From positions 1,238 through 65,237 of the forward strand of contig CAAFXS010000014.1 of the NCBI GenBank assembly GCA_900767025.1: a stretch of DNA of 64,000 bases, read 5' to 3'. Numbering within the stretch: the first letter of the stretch is position 1; each line of letters starts with the position of its first letter. Made by a program: the position numbers and the translations under genes. The notes beneath the pieces were generated by a model. The model saw only the letters and a program-made list of their open reading frames with translations, made no database searches and was not told where the DNA came from. This DNA comes from Clostridia bacterium. GTDB taxonomy: Bacteria; Bacillota; Clostridia; Oscillospirales; Acutalibacteraceae. Below, piece by piece: positions 10,266 to 21,486 of this stretch.

Positions 10266-11618
10266 TTATCCTAACCGTTCTTTTACTACCTCTGCTATTG
10301 CGTTGCCGAGCCTTGTAATCTGTTCGATATCGGCACCCTCAAGCATTACGCGGACAAGAGGCTCTGTTCCGCTGACTCTTACAAGCACTCTGCCCTCGCC
10401 GGAAAGCTCCATTTCAGCCTCCTGCACGGCAGAAATTATATATTCGTCGTTATTATATTTCTGCTTGCCCTCAGGTGTAACCTTAACATTGATAAGCACC
10501 TGGGGATAAACCTTCATTATGCCTGCAAGCTCGCTGAGCTTTTTGCCGGATTTTACCACTGTTTCCACAAGCTGAACACCCGAAAGCTCGCCGTCGCCTG
10601 TTGTGGCAAGGTCAAGGAAAATTATATGACCGCTTTGCTCGCCGCCGATGTTGTAGCCCTCCTTAAGCATACGCTCAAGAACATATCTGTCGCCTACGGC
10701 TGTTTTTGCACAGTCAATACCGTTTTCCTTGCAGAATTTGAAAAATCCCATATTGCTCATAACGGTAACTACTGCGGTGTTTTTGGCAAGTCTGCCCTCG
10801 TCCTTCATTCGCTTTGAGCAAATGGCAATTACCTTGTCACCGTCGATAAGCACGCCGTTTTCGTCAACCGCCAACATTCTGTCAGCGTCGCCGTCAAAGG
10901 CAAGACCCAAGTCAATGCCTGCGCTTTTTACAAAATGCATAAGCTCCTCAGGATGAGTTGAACCGCAGTTAAGGTTAATATTTTCACCGTCGGGGGTGTC
11001 GGAAAGCATTATGCACTTTGCACCAAGACCTGTAAAAATATCCTTTGCGCAAACCGAGGCACTGCCGTTGGCACAGTCAAGAGCAATAGTAAGGCCCTTA
11101 AAGCTAACCTCTGCGGTAGAAATTACATAGTCAACATAATCCTTAACCGCTGTTTTGCAGTAAAGCCTGTTGCCGACCTCTCCCCCAAGCTTAACGGGAA
11201 TCTCCTCTGAATTATTGAGTATTATATCTTCGATTTCATCCTCGATTGCATCATCAAGCTTATAGCCTGTTTTTTGGAATATTTTGATGCCGTTATACTC
11301 GCAGGGATTGTGTGACGCAGAAATCATAACGCCTGCCTCACAGCCGTACTGCACTGTTAGGTAAGCCACTGCAGGAGTAGGAACAACGCCCACCGAAAGA
11401 ACATTACATCCAACTGATGTTAACCCTGCGGTCAGCGCCGCCTCAAGCATATCACCTGACGCACGGGTATCCCTGCCGATAAGCACCGTAGGCTTTGCGG
11501 ATTTGCACTCTTTGATGAGAACCAAAGCAGCGGCTCTGCCAAGCTTAAGGGCAAGCTCCGAGGTTAAATCCTTATTTGCAATTCCTCTTACACCGTCTGT
11601 TCCGAAAAGTCTTCCCAT
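10266..11618 (-). CDS. glmM: Phosphoglucosamine mutase
   Basis: N-terminal GTDGVRGIAN, active-site SASHNP motif, 450 aa. Confidence 0.92.
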   Translation of the reverse strand: MGRLFGTDGVRGIANKDLTSELALKLGRAAALVLIKECKSAKPTVLIGRDTRASGDMLEAALTAGLTSVGCNVLSVGVVPTPAVAYLTVQYGCEAGVMISASHNPCEYNGIKIFQKTGYKLDDAIEDEIEDIILNNSEEIPVKLGGEVGNRLYCKTAVKDYVDYVISTAEVSFKGLTIALDCANGSASVCAKDIFTGLGAKCIMLSDTPDGENINLNCGSTHPEELMHFVKSAGIDLGLAFDGDADRMLAVDENGVLIDGDKVIAICSKRMKDEGRLAKNTAVVTVMSNMGFFKFCKENGIDCAKTAVGDRYVLERMLKEGYNIGGEQSGHIIFLDLATTGDGELSGVQLVETVVKSGKKLSELAGIMKVYPQVLINVKVTPEGKQKYNNDEYIISAVQEAEMELSGEGRVLVRVSGTEPLVRVMLEGADIEQITRLGNAIAEVVKERLG

Positions 11619-11652
11619 TGTGTTAACAACACCTTTCTGTCAGTTATATCAA

Positions 11653-12687
11653 TTACAGCAGTGACTGCTGACCATCCTGCTCAAAGCCCAGATGCCTGTA
11701 AGCAAGAGCGGTTGCACACCTGCCTCGGGGCGTCCTTGAAAGAAAACCGATTTGCATTAAATACGGCTCATAAACATCCTCAATGGTTACGGCCTCCTCG
11801 CCGATGGATGCGGCTATGGTTTCAAGCCCCACAGGACCGCCGTTATAATTTTTTATCATTGCAGTGAGCAGAACTCTGTCAATATTATCAAGTCCAAGCT
11901 CATCAATTTCCATTCTGCCTAAAGCGTCCGTTGCCGCCTCGTAGCTGATAACGCCGTCATACTTAACCTGTGCAAAATCACGGCTCCTTTTAAGCAGACG
12001 GTTGGCAATACGGGGTGTTCCCCTTGAACGGGAGGCAATTTCCATAGCACCCTTTTCGTCAACAGGAATTTCAAGTATTCCCGCACTTCTTTTAACTATT
12101 GTTGCAAGCTGTTCGGGGGTATACATTTCAAGCCTGAAGATAACGCCGAATCTGTCACGCAAGGGAGCGGAAAGCTGACCCGAACGGGTGGTTGCACCGA
12201 TAAGTGTGAAATGAGGAAGGTCAAGCCTGATTGACCTTGCAGACGGGCCCTTGCCGATAATAATATCAAGAGCGCCGTCCTCCATTGCAGGATACAAAAC
12301 CTCCTCAACCTGACGGTTAAGCCTGTGAATTTCGTCGATGAAAAGCACATCGCCCTCCTGCAAATTAGTAAGCAGTGCCGCCAAATCCCCCTGCTTTTCG
12401 ATTGCAGGACCCGATGTAACACGAATGTTAACACCCATTTCGTTGGCAATAATTCCTGCAAGAGTTGTTTTGCCCAGACCCGGAGGGCCGTAAAGAAGCA
12501 CATGATCAAGCGCCTCTCCTCTTCCTCTTGCCGCCTCAATATATATTTTAAGGTTTTCCTTGATTTTATCCTGCCCGATATATTCTTCAAGAGTTTTAGG
12601 TCTTAAAGAATTTTCAATATCGTTATCCTCCGGGGTAAAATCGGAGGTAATTATTCTGTTTTCAAAATCCATTTCGGTTTCCTGCAT
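11653..12687 (-). CDS. ruvB: Holliday junction branch-migration ATPase RuvB
   Basis: [14 protein letters not shown] Walker A, RuvB-family arrangement, 344 aa. Confidence 0.92.
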   Translation of the reverse strand: MQETEMDFENRIITSDFTPEDNDIENSLRPKTLEEYIGQDKIKENLKIYIEAARGRGEALDHVLLYGPPGLGKTTLAGIIANEMGVNIRVTSGPAIEKQGDLAALLTNLQEGDVLFIDEIHRLNRQVEEVLYPAMEDGALDIIIGKGPSARSIRLDLPHFTLIGATTRSGQLSAPLRDRFGVIFRLEMYTPEQLATIVKRSAGILEIPVDEKGAMEIASRSRGTPRIANRLLKRSRDFAQVKYDGVISYEAATDALGRMEIDELGLDNIDRVLLTAMIKNYNGGPVGLETIAASIGEEAVTIEDVYEPYLMQIGFLSRTPRGRCATALAYRHLGFEQDGQQSLL

Positions 12688-12699
12688 CGGTTATACCTC

Positions 12700-13305
12700 C
12701 TAAAGATTTTTTGAAAGCTGTTTCAAGCCCAGCCTAATCATTTCATCAACGGAAAGTGATTTATCCATAGCACCAACTGCAACTGACGCATCACTGCGTG
12801 AAAATCCAAGTACCACAAGTGCATCCACCGCCTCGGCGGAATTTGAGCTTTCTGCCACAGAGGAAACGGCGGTTACAATTTCGGAATTATCACCGGTTGC
12901 AATAGCACCCATTTTGTCTTTAAGCTCAAGGACAACTCTTTCAGCGGTCTTTTTGCCAACGCCCTGTGCACGGGTAATTGACTTGGCATCCCCCGATGCA
13001 ATACAAAGTGCAAGCTTATCGGGTGTCAGCTCCGAAAGAATGGCAACAGCCGCCTTGGGACCTATGCCTGAAACGGTGATAAGGAGTTTAAATGCATCAA
13101 GCTCTGCAAGAGTGGCAAAGCCGTACAAATCCATAGCGTCCTCACGAACGGCAAGGTGGGTATAAACATTAACCTCACTGCCTGTTTTGCCTATATTCTT
13201 AACGGTATTAAGAGTGGTAAAGCACTTAAAGCCTACGCCGCCGCACTCAACTACTATGTAATTAACATCGGAAACGGTTAATGTTCCTTTAAGGTTATAA
13301 AGCAT
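12700..13305 (-). CDS. ruvA: Holliday junction DNA helicase subunit RuvA
   Basis: RuvA length and position between ruvC and ruvB. Helix-hairpin-helix GIGPKAA and GVGKKTAERV motifs. Confidence 0.88.
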   Translation of the reverse strand: MLYNLKGTLTVSDVNYIVVECGGVGFKCFTTLNTVKNIGKTGSEVNVYTHLAVREDAMDLYGFATLAELDAFKLLITVSGIGPKAAVAILSELTPDKLALCIASGDAKSITRAQGVGKKTAERVVLELKDKMGAIATGDNSEIVTAVSSVAESSNSAEAVDALVVLGFSRSDASVAVGAMDKSLSVDEMIRLGLKQLSKNL

Positions 13306-13803
13306 TTACCTAAGTCCTCCCATCAGTGAGCCTGTGCAGTGAGCATGGCATATTGCCATTGCCAGCGCGTCCGCCGTGTCGTCAGGCTTTGGAATTTCCG
13401 CAAGGCCAAGCATAACTCTTGTCATTTCCTGCACCTGCTTTTTCTCCGCCCTGCCGTAGCCTACAACCGACTGCTTGACCTGCAGTGGCGTGTATTCAAA
13501 AATATCAACACCGTAATTCTGTGCCGAAAGGGTGATAACACCCCTTGCCTGTGCAACATCAATAACGGTTTTAGCGTTGTTGTTATAGAAAAGCTTTTCC
13601 ATACTCATAACCTGCGGCTTATACTTTTCAAAAATATAGCACATATCGTTATATATGGTTTGGAGCCTTAAAGGAAAAGGAGTATGGGCATCTGTGGTAA
13701 TGGCGCCGTAGCCCATAACCCTGAATTTATTTGCCTTGTATTCAAGCACACCCCAGCCCACAATGGCGTAACCGGGGTCAATTCCCAGAACAATCATACG
13801 CAC
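13306..13803 (-). CDS. ruvC: Crossover junction endodeoxyribonuclease RuvC
   Basis: MRMIVLGIDPGYAIVGWGVL N-terminus (RNase H-like fold), 165 aa, directly adjacent to ruvA. Confidence 0.88.
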   Translation of the reverse strand: MRMIVLGIDPGYAIVGWGVLEYKANKFRVMGYGAITTDAHTPFPLRLQTIYNDMCYIFEKYKPQVMSMEKLFYNNNAKTVIDVAQARGVITLSAQNYGVDIFEYTPLQVKQSVVGYGRAEKKQVQEMTRVMLGLAEIPKPDDTADALAMAICHAHCTGSLMGGLR

Positions 13804-13824
13804 TTCTCCATAGTATAGTCAAGA

Positions 13825-13853
13825 TATTATATCACAAAGTATCTGAATATTCA
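13825..13853 (-). promoter_or_regulatory. Putative sigma-A promoter of the ruvCAB operon
   Basis: On the minus strand: TTGAAT, 17 nt, TATAAT, ending about 20 nt upstream of the ruvC ATG. The plus-strand sequence attata sits at 13825-13830 and attcaa at 13848-13853. Confidence 0.5.
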
Positions 13854-13884
13854 ATATATAATATATAAATTAAAAATAAAAAAG

Positions 13885-13913
13885 CTTTCCGTTGGGAAAG
13901 CTTTTTGCGGGCA
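13885..13913. terminator. Bidirectional Rho-independent terminator
   Basis: Perfect hairpin AAAAAGCTTTCC-gttg-GGAAAGCTTTTT, flanked by A/T runs, immediately after the flavodoxin-like gene (minus strand). Confidence 0.7.
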
Positions 13914-13915
13914 TA

Positions 13916-14464
13916 CTATCCTTTTAGAAAATGGACGAATTTTTCAAGCTCGGTTAGGTTGAAGGTATAATTATTTTTGTCCGTATCGGGAATATAGTAA
14001 CGGGCGCAGACCTCACCGTTCAGGACGGTAAACGCCTGCTTGAGAGTTGAGGTCATATAATCGGCACACTGCCTTGCATTTGAGCCGCTGCAAATTACCA
14101 CCCCTACCCTTTTAGGCTTTTTTATTGGTGGCTTGGCACCTCTTTTAAACCTTGCACTGTAATAACGCTGAAAGCGGTCGATAACTGCTTTAAGGGGCGC
14201 AGGGAAAAAGTTATTATAAACAGGGCTGAAAAAAGCGATATAGTCCGCATTTTCAAAATCCTCAAAGAAAATATCCAAATCCTTTTTGGAGCAGCCGTTA
14301 TGATACTCGCAATATTTGCAGTCGGTACAGGGCGCAGGAGCCATTTTGTAGGTATCGTACTGCTTTATACTGCAATCGGCAAAATATGTTTTAACCTGAT
14401 TAATAAGCTCGGCGGAAACTCCGTTGTCACGGGGCGAGCCGTTAATAATAAGAAAGCTTTTCAT
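13916..14464 (-). CDS. Flavodoxin-like fold NAD(P)H-dependent oxidoreductase / iron-sulfur flavoprotein-like
   Basis: MKSFLIINGSPR N-terminus (FMN-reductase/flavodoxin-like) plus a Cys cluster CTDCKYCEYHNGCS. Confidence 0.6.
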   Translation of the reverse strand: MKSFLIINGSPRDNGVSAELINQVKTYFADCSIKQYDTYKMAPAPCTDCKYCEYHNGCSKKDLDIFFEDFENADYIAFFSPVYNNFFPAPLKAVIDRFQRYYSARFKRGAKPPIKKPKRVGVVICSGSNARQCADYMTSTLKQAFTVLNGEVCARYYIPDTDKNNYTFNLTELEKFVHFLKG

Positions 14465-14551
14465 TTCATCACCAAATTTATTTTATCACAAATTAATATT
14501 GTTTTAAAGCAGAAAATATGATATAACAAAAATAAATTCATTTAAGAGGTT

Positions 14552-15712
14552 ATGCTTATGGCAAAATTACTTATTAGGCTGGCGGTTAAAAACAGCAATG
14601 ACCGCAGAAAAAGTCTCGGTACATTAAGCGGTGTATTCGGTATCACCTGCAACATTTTGCTGTGTATTTTTAAATTTATAGTGGGAAGTGTCAGCGGCTC
14701 CGTTTCAATTACGGCGGACGCGGTGAACAACCTGTCAGATGCAGGCTCGGGAATTGTTACCATTGCAGGAGCAAGGCTTTCAAGCAAGCCTGTGGACAAG
14801 GAGCATCCCTTCGGCCACGGCAGAGCCGAATACATTTCCGCCCTTATTGTATCGTTCCTCATTTTCATAATGGGCTTTGAGCTTGCAAAAAGCTCTGTTG
14901 AAAAAATTATAAACCCCGAGGATATTAAATTCAGTGTTCTTTACATAATTGTTCTTGCGGCAGCGATACTTATTAAGCTCTATATGGCGTATTTTAACAA
15001 CATTCTTTACAGGGAAACGGAAAATATAAATCTCAAAGCGGTTAGGCAGGACAGTCTTAACGACTGCATTGCAACGGCTGCAACAATAATTGCTTTACTT
15101 GTTTCCTCACTGACCTCCTTTAAAAGAGCAGACGGTATAATCGGTCTTTTTGTGGCAGTGGTAATTTTTCTATCCGGCATTGATATTGTTAAGGACATTA
15201 CCGACAGGCTTATGGGCAAGGCTCCCGACAAGCAGCTTGTTGACGATATCGAAAGGCTGATGCTTGAGGAAGAGCTGATTGTGGGAGTTCACGACCTTAT
15301 TATCCACGATTACGGCCCGGGAAGAACAATTGCATCTGCTCACGCAGAGGTGCCGTCAACGGTTGATATTACCGAAATTCACGATGTTATTGACAATGTT
15401 GAAAGGAAAATTTCGAAAGAGCTTAACATTGTTATTTGCATTCATATGGACCCCATTGTTATGAACGATGAGGAAATTGAGAAATACAAGCAGATAACAA
15501 AGAATATTCTTGACAGTATGGAGGGCAGTTACAGCTTTCACGATTTCAAAATGGTTAAGGGTCCAACACATACAAATCTTATTTTTGATTTGGTGGCACC
15601 TTATGATAAAAGAAAAACCAGCTCCGATGTACTCAATGAGCTGATAGGAAAATTCAAAGAATATGACAGCTCAATTAATCTTGTGGTAACGGTTGAACAC
15701 TCATATGTATAG
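14552..15712 (+). CDS. Cation diffusion facilitator (CDF) family divalent-metal efflux transporter
   Basis: TM domain with CDF signature ...SITADAVNNLSD... and HPFGHGRAEY, plus a C-terminal cytoplasmic domain. AAGAGG RBS. Start may be 14552 or 14558. Confidence 0.85.
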   Translation: MLMAKLLIRLAVKNSNDRRKSLGTLSGVFGITCNILLCIFKFIVGSVSGSVSITADAVNNLSDAGSGIVTIAGARLSSKPVDKEHPFGHGRAEYISALIVSFLIFIMGFELAKSSVEKIINPEDIKFSVLYIIVLAAAILIKLYMAYFNNILYRETENINLKAVRQDSLNDCIATAATIIALLVSSLTSFKRADGIIGLFVAVVIFLSGIDIVKDITDRLMGKAPDKQLVDDIERLMLEEELIVGVHDLIIHDYGPGRTIASAHAEVPSTVDITEIHDVIDNVERKISKELNIVICIHMDPIVMNDEEIEKYKQITKNILDSMEGSYSFHDFKMVKGPTHTNLIFDLVAPYDKRKTSSDVLNELIGKFKEYDSSINLVVTVEHSYV

Positions 15713-15745
15713 CAAAAAGGCTTGGATTGCATCCAAGCCTTTTAT

Positions 15746-16129
15746 TTATTGTTTGTATTCTACGGCATTTTCATTGCACCATTCAATAACCTTTTCGGTG
15801 AGATATTTTTTCTCAAAATCATTAAAGCCTGTTGAAATATCCTTATAAGCATTAAAATATTTCCAAAAGGTTTCAACACACTCTTCGCCGTTAACACTGT
15901 CAAAAACTGCCGAAAGCTTTTTGTTGTTGAGAGATTTAATATATGCCCTGATTACCTCCTCGTTGCTGACAGTAACAAAGGGTACATAGCCGAGATTTAT
16001 CAAATCACCGCAATCCTCATCGGGAATATCGCTTAACTTATGAATACGGTAATCGGTGCGTGAAAACCAATATTCTGCCGATGAGCCCCAAGTAAATCTT
16101 AAATTCTCCTCAGATAAAACTAATTGCAT
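15746..16129 (-). CDS. Hypothetical cytoplasmic protein
   Basis: Complete 127-aa ORF with no recognizable motif. It sits between the CDF transporter gene and leuD. Confidence 0.4.
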   Translation of the reverse strand: MQLVLSEENLRFTWGSSAEYWFSRTDYRIHKLSDIPDEDCGDLINLGYVPFVTVSNEEVIRAYIKSLNNKKLSAVFDSVNGEECVETFWKYFNAYKDISTGFNDFEKKYLTEKVIEWCNENAVEYKQ

Positions 16130-16150
16130 TGTATTTCCTCGTAGCGCTGA

Positions 16151-16633
16151 TTATTTGTTAATGGATTTCATCAATCCGCCGTCTTTTATAATATTTTGGA
16201 TAAAAGGCGGGAAGGGCTGTGCCTGATAGCATTTGCCGGTTGTGCAGTTTGTAATCAAACCGCTGTCAAAATCCACCTCAACCTCATCCCCTGCTTTAAT
16301 ATCCCTTGCAGCCTCGTCACATTCAAGGATTGCAAGACCGATATTAATTGCATTTCTGTAAAAGATACGGGCAAAGGTAGATGCGATAACGCAGGAAATA
16401 CCTGACGCTTTAATGGCAATAGGTGCGTGTTCACGGGAGGAACCGCAACCGAAATTTGCCACGGCAACCATTATATCTCCGGGCTTAACCTTATTTACGA
16501 AATCCGCGTCGATATCCTCCATACAGTGAGAGGCAAGCCACGCCTCGTCGCTTTTGTTAAGATAACGCGCAGGGATAATTACATCGGTATCAACATTATC
16601 ACCGAATTTATGTACTAAACCTTTTGCTTTCAT
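16151..16633 (-). CDS. leuD: 3-isopropylmalate dehydratase small subunit
   Basis: LeuD/aconitase swivel-domain family, 160 aa, immediately downstream of leuC. Confidence 0.88.
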   Translation of the reverse strand: MKAKGLVHKFGDNVDTDVIIPARYLNKSDEAWLASHCMEDIDADFVNKVKPGDIMVAVANFGCGSSREHAPIAIKASGISCVIASTFARIFYRNAINIGLAILECDEAARDIKAGDEVEVDFDSGLITNCTTGKCYQAQPFPPFIQNIIKDGGLMKSINK

Positions 16634-16636
16634 GGC

Positions 16637-17899
16637 TTATTCCTCCTCTCTGGGGTCGGCAATATAGCCTTTGACAGCCGAAGCCGCCGCTACTGCCGGT
16701 GACGCAAGATAAATCTCGCTCTTGGTATGACCCATTCTGCCTACAAAGTTTCTGTTAGAGGTTGAAACAGCTTTTTCACCTGCTGCAAGGATACCCATAT
16801 GACCGCCTAAGCAGGGACCGCAGGTAGGTGTTGAAACAATAGCGCCTGCCTCAACAAAAATTTCTGCAAGACCCTCTTTAACACAGTTAAGATAAATCTG
16901 CTGTGTGGCAGGAATTACGATACAGCGAACGCCCTTGGCAACCTTTTTGCCCTTGAGGATTTCTGCGGCAATACGCATATCCTCCATTCTGCCGTTGGTA
17001 CAGGAGCCTATAACAACCTGGTCAATATCAATTCTGCCAAGCTCATCAACGGTCTTTGTATTTTCCGGAAGATGAGGACAGGCAACAGTTGGCTTAAGAG
17101 TGCTCAAGTCAATCTCCACAACGCTGTCATATTCAGCATCGGGGTCAGCCTCGTAAACCTTATATTCCCTGATGCTTCTGCCGTTCACATAGTCAAGTGT
17201 GATTTGGTCAACAGGGAAAATTCCGTTTTTGGCACCGCATTCAATAGCCATATTTGAAATGCAAAGCCTGTCGTCCATTGAAAGCTCCTTAATGCCGTCG
17301 CCTGTAAATTCAAGAGACTTGTAAAGAGCACCATCAACGCCGATTTTGCCGATAAGGTGAAGAATAACATCCTTACCGGAAATGCATTTTGCTTTTTTGC
17401 CTGTAATTACAACCTTAATGGCTGAGGGCACCTTAAACCAAGCCTTGCCGGTAATCATACCTGCCGCCATATCAGTTGAGCCTACGCCTGTGGAAAATGC
17501 ACCCAAAGCACCGTAGGTGCAGGTGTGAGAGTCCGCACCGATGATACAGTCACCGCAGGTAACAATACCCTTTTCGGGCAAAAGCGCATGCTCAATGCCC
17601 ATATTACCCACATCGTAGTAATGAAGAATATCGTGCTTTTTTGCAAATTCACGAACCTGCTTGCAGTTTTCGGCAGACTGAATATCCTTGTTAGGAGTAA
17701 AATGGTCCATAACAAGTGAAATTCTTGTTTTGTCAAAAACACTGTCAACACCGAACTTAACCATTTCGTTGATAGCAACAGGAGAGGTTACATCGTTACC
17801 AAGCACCATATCCAGCTTTGCTTCGATAAGCTGACCTGCTTCAACGCTGTCAAGCCCTGCGTGGTCCGCCAAAATTTTCTGCGTCATTGTCATTGCCAT
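16637..17899 (-). CDS. leuC: 3-isopropylmalate dehydratase large subunit
   Basis: Aconitase-family large subunit with Cys ligands (…GSCTNGR…, …CGPCLG…), 420 aa. Confidence 0.9.
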   Translation of the reverse strand: MAMTMTQKILADHAGLDSVEAGQLIEAKLDMVLGNDVTSPVAINEMVKFGVDSVFDKTRISLVMDHFTPNKDIQSAENCKQVREFAKKHDILHYYDVGNMGIEHALLPEKGIVTCGDCIIGADSHTCTYGALGAFSTGVGSTDMAAGMITGKAWFKVPSAIKVVITGKKAKCISGKDVILHLIGKIGVDGALYKSLEFTGDGIKELSMDDRLCISNMAIECGAKNGIFPVDQITLDYVNGRSIREYKVYEADPDAEYDSVVEIDLSTLKPTVACPHLPENTKTVDELGRIDIDQVVIGSCTNGRMEDMRIAAEILKGKKVAKGVRCIVIPATQQIYLNCVKEGLAEIFVEAGAIVSTPTCGPCLGGHMGILAAGEKAVSTSNRNFVGRMGHTKSEIYLASPAVAAASAVKGYIADPREEE

Positions 17900-17932
17900 A
17901 TATATTCACCTGATTTCATAGTTATTATAGTT

Positions 17933-18448
17933 TTAGATATTTTCGGTAAAGGAGCCCTCTCCTCTTTCAAGTGAGGTAATACCCGTACGGGCAAGCTCAA
18001 CAATACTGAAATCCTTTTCAATTTCTTCAACGAACTCATCAATAGCCGCACCTACGCCTGTGAACTCAAGGGTTACGGTTTCAAGCGAAACATCAAGCAC
18101 CCTTGCGCCGTAGCGTGTATTAAGAGCAAGCAGAGCATTTTTCTGGGGAATACCCTGTGCATGCACTTTTATAAGCAAAAGCTCGGATGAAACGGAGTTT
18201 TCAGGTGTAAGCTCCGATACCTTTTTGACAATTTCAAGCTTTAAAAGCTGACGCTTAATCTGTCTGAAATTTTCAGGCTCGGTGTTGGTTTCAATTGTCA
18301 TTCTTGAAAAATTCGGGTCCTCGGTTTCACTTACGGTAAGGGACGAAATGTTGTATGCCCTTCTTGAAAAAAGGCTGGCAACTCTTTGAAGTACACCGCT
18401 TTCGTTATCAACAAGAACCGATAAAACCAGCTTTTCTTTCATATTCAA
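17933..18448 (-). CDS. ilvN: Acetolactate synthase small (regulatory) subunit
   Basis: ACT-domain N-terminus (LVLSVLVDNESGVLQRVASLFSRRAYNI), 171 aa, directly downstream of ilvB. Confidence 0.88.
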   Translation of the reverse strand: MNMKEKLVLSVLVDNESGVLQRVASLFSRRAYNISSLTVSETEDPNFSRMTIETNTEPENFRQIKRQLLKLEIVKKVSELTPENSVSSELLLIKVHAQGIPQKNALLALNTRYGARVLDVSLETVTLEFTGVGAAIDEFVEEIEKDFSIVELARTGITSLERGEGSFTENI

Positions 18449-18457
18449 TCCGCCTCC

Positions 18458-20122
18458 TTAATTAAATTTTTCAATAATATCCGTATGAGCGCCCCCCGGC
18501 GGAATCATAGGAAGAACATTTGAATCCGGTGAAATTCTGCAGTCGATAAGTACAGGACCCTGATAAGCAAAGGCCTCGTCAAGCACTTCATCAATTTCAT
18601 CATTTGTATTAATTCTCATACCCTTAACGCCGAAGGCTTCTGCAACGGCAACAAAATCTGTTTTTCTGTGAGGGTCGGTATCTGAAAAACGGTTGTCATA
18701 AAACAGCTTCTGCCACTGACGAACCATACCTAAAACCTTATTGTTCATAATAAACATCTTAACAGGAATGTTGTAGGATGCCATTGTAGCAAGCTCGGAC
18801 AAATTCATATGGAAGCCGCCGTCGCCTGCGAACATAACAACCTGCTTATCGGGACAGCCGTAGGCTGCGCCCATTGCCGCACCCATGGAATAGCCCATGG
18901 TACCGAGACCGCCTGAGGTCAAAAGAGTTCTTGGCAGCTTGTACTTGTAGAACTGAGCAGCCCAAAGCTGATGCTGACCTACATCGGTAACAACAATTGC
19001 ATCGTCGGCAGTTTTGTTATCAACAGCCTCAATAAGAGTCTGGGGATTAACATAATCAGCAAGCTGTAACTGCTTAAAGGGACGCCTGAAGCTGTTAATT
19101 TCCTTTTTCCACTCACTGTGGTCAAGCTGTTCAACAAGTCTTGTAAGGAGCGGAATTATCTCTGCCAAATCGCCTCTTAAATGGTAGTTTGAAACAATAT
19201 TCTTATCCATTTCAGCGGCGTCGATATCAATATGTAAAATCTCTGCATTAGGAGCAAACTTCTTTCTGTTTCCTGCAACACGGTCGGAAAATCTTGCACC
19301 GCAGGTGATAAGAACATCGCAGTCGTGAGCCGCCTTGTTTGCCTCAAAATGACCGTGCATACCGATAAGTCCGATATGAAGCGGATGACCGTTGGGAAAT
19401 GCACCGAGACCCATAAGGCTTGAAACAACAGGTGCGTCAATCTTTTCCGCAAAGGTGATAAGGTCCTCACCAACCTCGGACAGAATTGCACCGCCGCCAA
19501 CATAAATAAGGGGCTTTTTAGCGGATTTAAGCAGTTCAACCGCTCTGTCAACGCATTTATCCGAAGGCATTTTGAAAGGCTCAATTACAACCTTTGGTTC
19601 AGGTGTGTACTCACACTCTGCCGATGTAATATCCTTGGGAATATCAACAAGAACAGGTCCTTTTCTGCCGCTTTGCGCAATCATAAATGCTCTGCGGATT
19701 GTGGGAGCAAGCTCTTCAATGGATTTAACCTGGAAATTATGCTTTGTTATGGGCATTGTGATACCGCAGATGTCAACCTCCTGAAAGCTGTCTCTTCCAA
19801 GACCCGAGGTAGCATAGTTGCAGGTAATTGCAACAACGGGAACCGAATCCATATATGCAGTGGCAATACCTGTGACAAGGTTAGTAGAACCCGGACCTGA
19901 TGTTGCAAAGCAAACACCCACCTTGCCGGTAGCCCTTGCATAACCGTCTGCCGCATGGGAAGCACCCTGCTCGTGAGCAGTCAGAATATGCTTAAAAGTA
20001 TCTCCGTACTTGTAAAGCTCGTCAAAAATGTTCAGAATTGTTCCGCCCGGATAGCCGAAAACAGTATCAACCTCCTGTTCTTTAAGAACCTCCAGAACAA
20101 TCTGTGCACCGTTGAGTTTCAT
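18458..20122 (-). CDS. ilvB: Acetolactate synthase large (catalytic) subunit
   Basis: TPP-enzyme family, GDGGFHMN thiamine-diphosphate-binding motif, 554 aa. Confidence 0.9.
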   Translation of the reverse strand: MKLNGAQIVLEVLKEQEVDTVFGYPGGTILNIFDELYKYGDTFKHILTAHEQGASHAADGYARATGKVGVCFATSGPGSTNLVTGIATAYMDSVPVVAITCNYATSGLGRDSFQEVDICGITMPITKHNFQVKSIEELAPTIRRAFMIAQSGRKGPVLVDIPKDITSAECEYTPEPKVVIEPFKMPSDKCVDRAVELLKSAKKPLIYVGGGAILSEVGEDLITFAEKIDAPVVSSLMGLGAFPNGHPLHIGLIGMHGHFEANKAAHDCDVLITCGARFSDRVAGNRKKFAPNAEILHIDIDAAEMDKNIVSNYHLRGDLAEIIPLLTRLVEQLDHSEWKKEINSFRRPFKQLQLADYVNPQTLIEAVDNKTADDAIVVTDVGQHQLWAAQFYKYKLPRTLLTSGGLGTMGYSMGAAMGAAYGCPDKQVVMFAGDGGFHMNLSELATMASYNIPVKMFIMNNKVLGMVRQWQKLFYDNRFSDTDPHRKTDFVAVAEAFGVKGMRINTNDEIDEVLDEAFAYQGPVLIDCRISPDSNVLPMIPPGGAHTDIIEKFN

Positions 20123-20288
20123 TTTATCACTCCTCTTACATTTGGTAAAAAATGATTAATAGTTATGATATATTATTTAACTTATAAAGTCAAGAGCATT
20201 TGGCACTTGTAAAAAGTATTTTTTTGATATATAATGATTTGTTGAACTGTAAGCATTCTTTAAGTATGTATTTTAAGGAGATTAAGAT

Positions 20289-21383
20289 ATGAAGCTTGGT
20301 ATTGTAGGCTTGCCCAATGTGGGAAAAAGCACACTTTTTAATGCAATCACAAACGCAGGAGCGCAAAGTGCAAACTATCCTTTCTGCACCATTGAGCCGA
20401 ATGTGGGTATGGTAAGCGTTCCCGATGAAAGACTTGACAGGCTTGCAGAGATGTATCAGCCGGACAAATTTACACCTGCAACCATTGAATTTGTTGACAT
20501 TGCGGGACTTGTTAAGGGTGCATCACAGGGCGAAGGACTTGGCAACAAATTCCTTTCACACATCCGTGAGGTTGACGCAATAATCCATGTTGTACGCTGC
20601 TTTGAAAACGACGACATAACCCATGTTGACGGCAGCATTGACCCTGCAAGGGATATTGAAACAATTAACCTTGAGCTTATCCTGTCCGACCTTGATATTC
20701 TTTCAAGAAGAATTGACAACAGGAAAAAGGCTATGAAGGGTGACAAAACTCTTGCCGCCGAGGTTGAATTTTTGGAAAGGCTCCAGGCTGAAATGGAACA
20801 GGGCAAAACCGCCAGAAGTGTTGATATCAGCGAGGATGAGGCTGAATATCTCAAGGAGGTTTCACTGCTGACAATTAAGCCTGTAATTTACGCCTGCAAT
20901 ATGGGTGAAAACGATTTCACCGACGGTATTGAAAACAATCCTTACTTTAAAAAGGTTGAGGATATAGCCGCTGCCGAGGGTGCAGAAACACTGCCAATCT
21001 GTGCTGAAATGGAGGCTGAAATTGCCGAGCTTGACCCTGAAGAGAAGGAAATGTTCCTTGCAGATATGGGTCTTGAAAAAAGCGGTCTTGACAGGCTTAT
21101 CAAAAAAAGCTATGCCCTTTTGGGATTAATTTCTTACCTCACCGCCGGCAAGCCGGAGGTAAGAGCCTGGACAATTAAGGAGGGCACCAAGGCTCCTCAG
21201 GCGGCAGGTAAAATCCACACCGATTTTGAAAGAGGCTTTATCAGAGCCGAGGTGGTTTCCTTTGACGATTTAATGAGCTGCGGAAGTATGGCAGCGGCTA
21301 AGGAAAAGGGTCTTGTTCGCTCCGAGGGCAAGGAATATGTTATGAAGGACGGCGACATTGTACTGTTCCGTTTTAATGTATAA
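20289..21383 (+). CDS. ychF: Ribosome-binding ATPase YchF / Ola1
   Basis: MKLGIVGLPNVGKSTLFNAIT G1 motif. C-terminal TGS-like domain. 364 aa. Confidence 0.92.
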   Translation: MKLGIVGLPNVGKSTLFNAITNAGAQSANYPFCTIEPNVGMVSVPDERLDRLAEMYQPDKFTPATIEFVDIAGLVKGASQGEGLGNKFLSHIREVDAIIHVVRCFENDDITHVDGSIDPARDIETINLELILSDLDILSRRIDNRKKAMKGDKTLAAEVEFLERLQAEMEQGKTARSVDISEDEAEYLKEVSLLTIKPVIYACNMGENDFTDGIENNPYFKKVEDIAAAEGAETLPICAEMEAEIAELDPEEKEMFLADMGLEKSGLDRLIKKSYALLGLISYLTAGKPEVRAWTIKEGTKAPQAAGKIHTDFERGFIRAEVVSFDDLMSCGSMAAAKEKGLVRSEGKEYVMKDGDIVLFRFNV

Positions 21384-21486
21384 CGCAAAAATCGGCAATT
21401 TATATAAAAATATTCGATTTTTCCATATATTTTTGTTGACTATTTTCTAATATTCTGTTATTATTAATCTAAGGTGGGAGAGGATT

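Noticed and set aside
12096-12606. 164-aa and 93-aa ORFs overlapping ruvB
   Set aside because: Out-of-frame or antisense overlaps of ruvB. Arg/Ser-rich translation typical of spurious frames.
20123-20288. Possible T-box or attenuator leader upstream of ilvB-ilvN-leuC-leuD
   Set aside because: The region is a 165-bp divergent promoter with only an approximately 45-nt leader before ilvB. No T-box consensus (AGGGTGGNACCGCG), specifier hairpin or terminator/antiterminator pair is visible.
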